DNA of 42,135 bases. Origin: a virus. Made by a program: the position numbers and the translations under genes. The stretch lies in IMG/VR virus record IMGVR_UViG_3300045988_041082; one strand, 5' to 3'. Position 1 is the stretch's first letter. Each line of letters starts with the position of its first letter. This document shows positions 40,925-42,135 of the stretch, piece by piece. Below the pieces are notes generated by a model. That model had not been told where the DNA came from and did no database searches. It worked only from the letters and a program-made list of their open reading frames with translations.

Positions 40925-41200
40925 AAATCACATCCCTTCTTTAACTTGCTTGAACAACCTTGAACAACCTTGAACAAGCTTTTTAGTTCTGAAAACCCTT
41001 GAAAACCCTTGAAAACAAAGGCTTTTTTAAGTTGCTGCTAACTTGCTTGTTTAAGATGTTCAAGGTGTTACGCATTTTCTATTTACTCAAATATTTTGAT
41101 GTAATCTAAAAAAAAAATATAAGAAGAAAAAAAATCTAAAATATTTAAGTATAAGGAAATACCTTGAACATCTTAAACACCTTGAACAAATTACAGAGTA
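40925..41200. repeat. Repeat-rich noncoding region B, homologous to region A. It holds three tandem CTTGAACAAC decamers (10-bp period) abutting the int start, two tandem AAAACCCTTG units plus AAAACAAAGGCTTTTTT, an inverted GATGTTCAAGGTGTT, an A-tract core, and two CCTTGAACA copies at its right end.
   Basis: The block 41106-41190 aligns with 14247-14300 (CTAAAATAT.TAAGTATA.AG.AAATACCTTGAACA...CCTTGAACA). The block 40996-41032 aligns with 14120-14146. Confidence 0.7.
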
Positions 41201-41598
41201 ATAGAACCTGAAGAAATGTTGGTTCTGATTTCATCAAAGAACTTTCTTCCAGTAGAATCAACAGACCAAAAAGCAAGATATTTGGATTCACCTGAAGAAC
41301 TGGTGTAACTTACAACAGAAAACCACTTAACCCCCATCTTAGCTGTTGAAACAGGGTTATTGTGATACTTACCCATAAAGTTTACTTCAGGCATATAATC
41401 AATACTTTGGATTTGGGCAAATGGCAGCTTAACAGTTCCATTGTTTTCATTGGTGAAAATGATGCAAGAATCATCCACATCAGCCTTGCAAGGGAAATCT
41501 TGCCTGAAACCTTGTAAACCTTCATAGTGCATCAGGGTAGTTCTTGAATCTTTCTTTTTCTTTGAAAATAACATTTCAATCATCCTTTCTAAAATCAA
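41191..41598 (-). CDS. Hypothetical protein (135 aa) between the repressor and int; candidate lysogeny-expressed gene.
   Basis: ORF transcribed in the same direction as cI; no recognisable domain. Confidence 0.5.
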   Translation of the reverse strand: MILERMIEMLFSKKKKDSRTTLMHYEGLQGFRQDFPCKADVDDSCIIFTNENNGTVKLPFAQIQSIDYMPEVNFMGKYHNNPVSTAKMGVKWFSVVSYTSSSGESKYLAFWSVDSTGRKFFDEIRTNISSGSITL

Positions 41599-41613
41599 TA
41601 TAAATTATATTTC

Positions 41614-41997
41614 CTACGCGTTTGATAATTCTTTTTTCACATCATACTTTTCATCAGTTAAGCGGTATGCAATCCATTTGAACAGTTCATTTTTATCAAG
41701 TGCATCAAGTTTATGGTACATATCAAGAAGTTCCTTTTCTTCCTTTGATACCACAGTTTTGATTTCTTCAACCCTTTGAATTGGAACATTATACCCCATC
41801 AACCAGGCTTCAGATACATTAAGAGCCTTTGCAATCTTATGAATTGCAACTTGCTTTGGTTCATACTTACCCGAAATGTATTGGCTTATTGCAGATTTAC
41901 CTATTCCAGTTGCCTGAACTAAATCAACAGCTTTCATTCCCCTAAGTTCCATTCCCTGACGGATTCGCCTGAAACAAGCTTCTTTCTGTTCATTCAT
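41614..41997 (-). CDS. cI-like repressor (XRE-family HTH, no peptidase S24 domain).
   Basis: MNEQKEACFRRIRQGMELRGMKAVDLVQATGIGKSAISQYISGKYEPKQVAIHKIAKALNVSEAWL HTH. ATG 41997 with SD AGAAAGGAAGGTG. The ORF-track start 42027 would overlap the -10 box. Confidence 0.8.
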   Translation of the reverse strand: MNEQKEACFRRIRQGMELRGMKAVDLVQATGIGKSAISQYISGKYEPKQVAIHKIAKALNVSEAWLMGYNVPIQRVEEIKTVVSKEEKELLDMYHKLDALDKNELFKWIAYRLTDEKYDVKKELSNA

Positions 41998-42026
41998 AAG
42001 AACACCTTCCTTTCTAATACGATTCA

Positions 42027-42055
42027 ATTATATCACTAAGTTCAAGAAAAATCAA
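42027..42055 (-). promoter_or_regulatory. Repressor (maintenance) promoter on the - strand, TTGATT-17-TATAAT, diverging from the early promoter 40 bp away.
   Basis: Reverse complement of 42050-42055 gives TTGATT; 17-nt spacer; reverse complement of 42027-42032 gives TATAAT. The 14-bp palindrome AAAATCAAGATTTT (42047-42060) overlaps the -35. Confidence 0.5.
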
Positions 42056-42080
42056 GATTTTCCGAAAAAAGCTCAAGAAA

Positions 42081-42135
42081 TTTTGAAAAACCTATTGACA
42101 AACAAAAATGGACTTGCTATAATAAAGACAGTTCA
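42081..42135. repeat. Copy 2 of the 55-bp terminal repeat (identical to 1-55). It contains the second copy of the early promoter -35/-10 (42095-42123).
   Basis: Exact identity to the window start. Confidence 0.9.

Overview
The window is a complete, circularly closed genome of a temperate contractile-tailed phage from a low-GC (Firmicutes-like) host. Bases 1-55 are identical to 42081-42135, so the unique length is about 42,080 bp and the junction is an assembly overlap. Gene order on the + strand: a strong sigma-A early promoter at the junction; an early/replication module (SprT-like metallopeptidase, Cro-like DUF739, a truncated C5-methyltransferase-like protein, SNF2 helicase, a membrane anchor plus 3D-domain protein, VRR-NUC, a Cas4-like exonuclease fused to a Sak4/AAA_24 ATPase, DUF669, a compact family-B DNA polymerase, a Prim-Pol/D5-like primase-helicase, a putative dATP/dGTP pyrophosphohydrolase, ThyX, an HD hydrolase); a repeat-rich noncoding block; a DUF1492-type late regulator; then packaging (TerS, TerL, SPP1-like portal, MuF), head (scaffold, major capsid, connectors), a PBSX-like contractile tail (sheath, tube, XkdN chaperone with a -1 frameshift extension, tape measure, XkdP-XkdU, tail fibre) and a lysis cassette (two or three small membrane proteins and an amidase with SPOR repeats). 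On the - strand: integrase, a 135-aa ORF and a cI-like repressor, with a candidate attP just downstream of int. The outstanding feature is a diversity-generating retroelement (DGR). The tail-fibre 3' end carries a variable repeat (VR, 35517-35665) that matches a template repeat (TR, 35722-35870) immediately downstream; 29 of their 32 mismatches lie at TR adenines. A Brt-like reverse transcriptase (36042-37106) follows, with the DGR-specific IGSYLSQ motif. Other points of interest: two homologous repeat blocks built on a palindromic CTTG-NN-CAAG unit (14105-14400 and 40925-41200); a candidate attP with 24-bp direct repeats overlapping the int 3' end; two ORF pairs split at homopolymer tracts (A8 in the SprT gene, T9 in the membrane/3D gene); and an A_AAA_AAC slippery site giving a classical tail-chaperone -1 frameshift.
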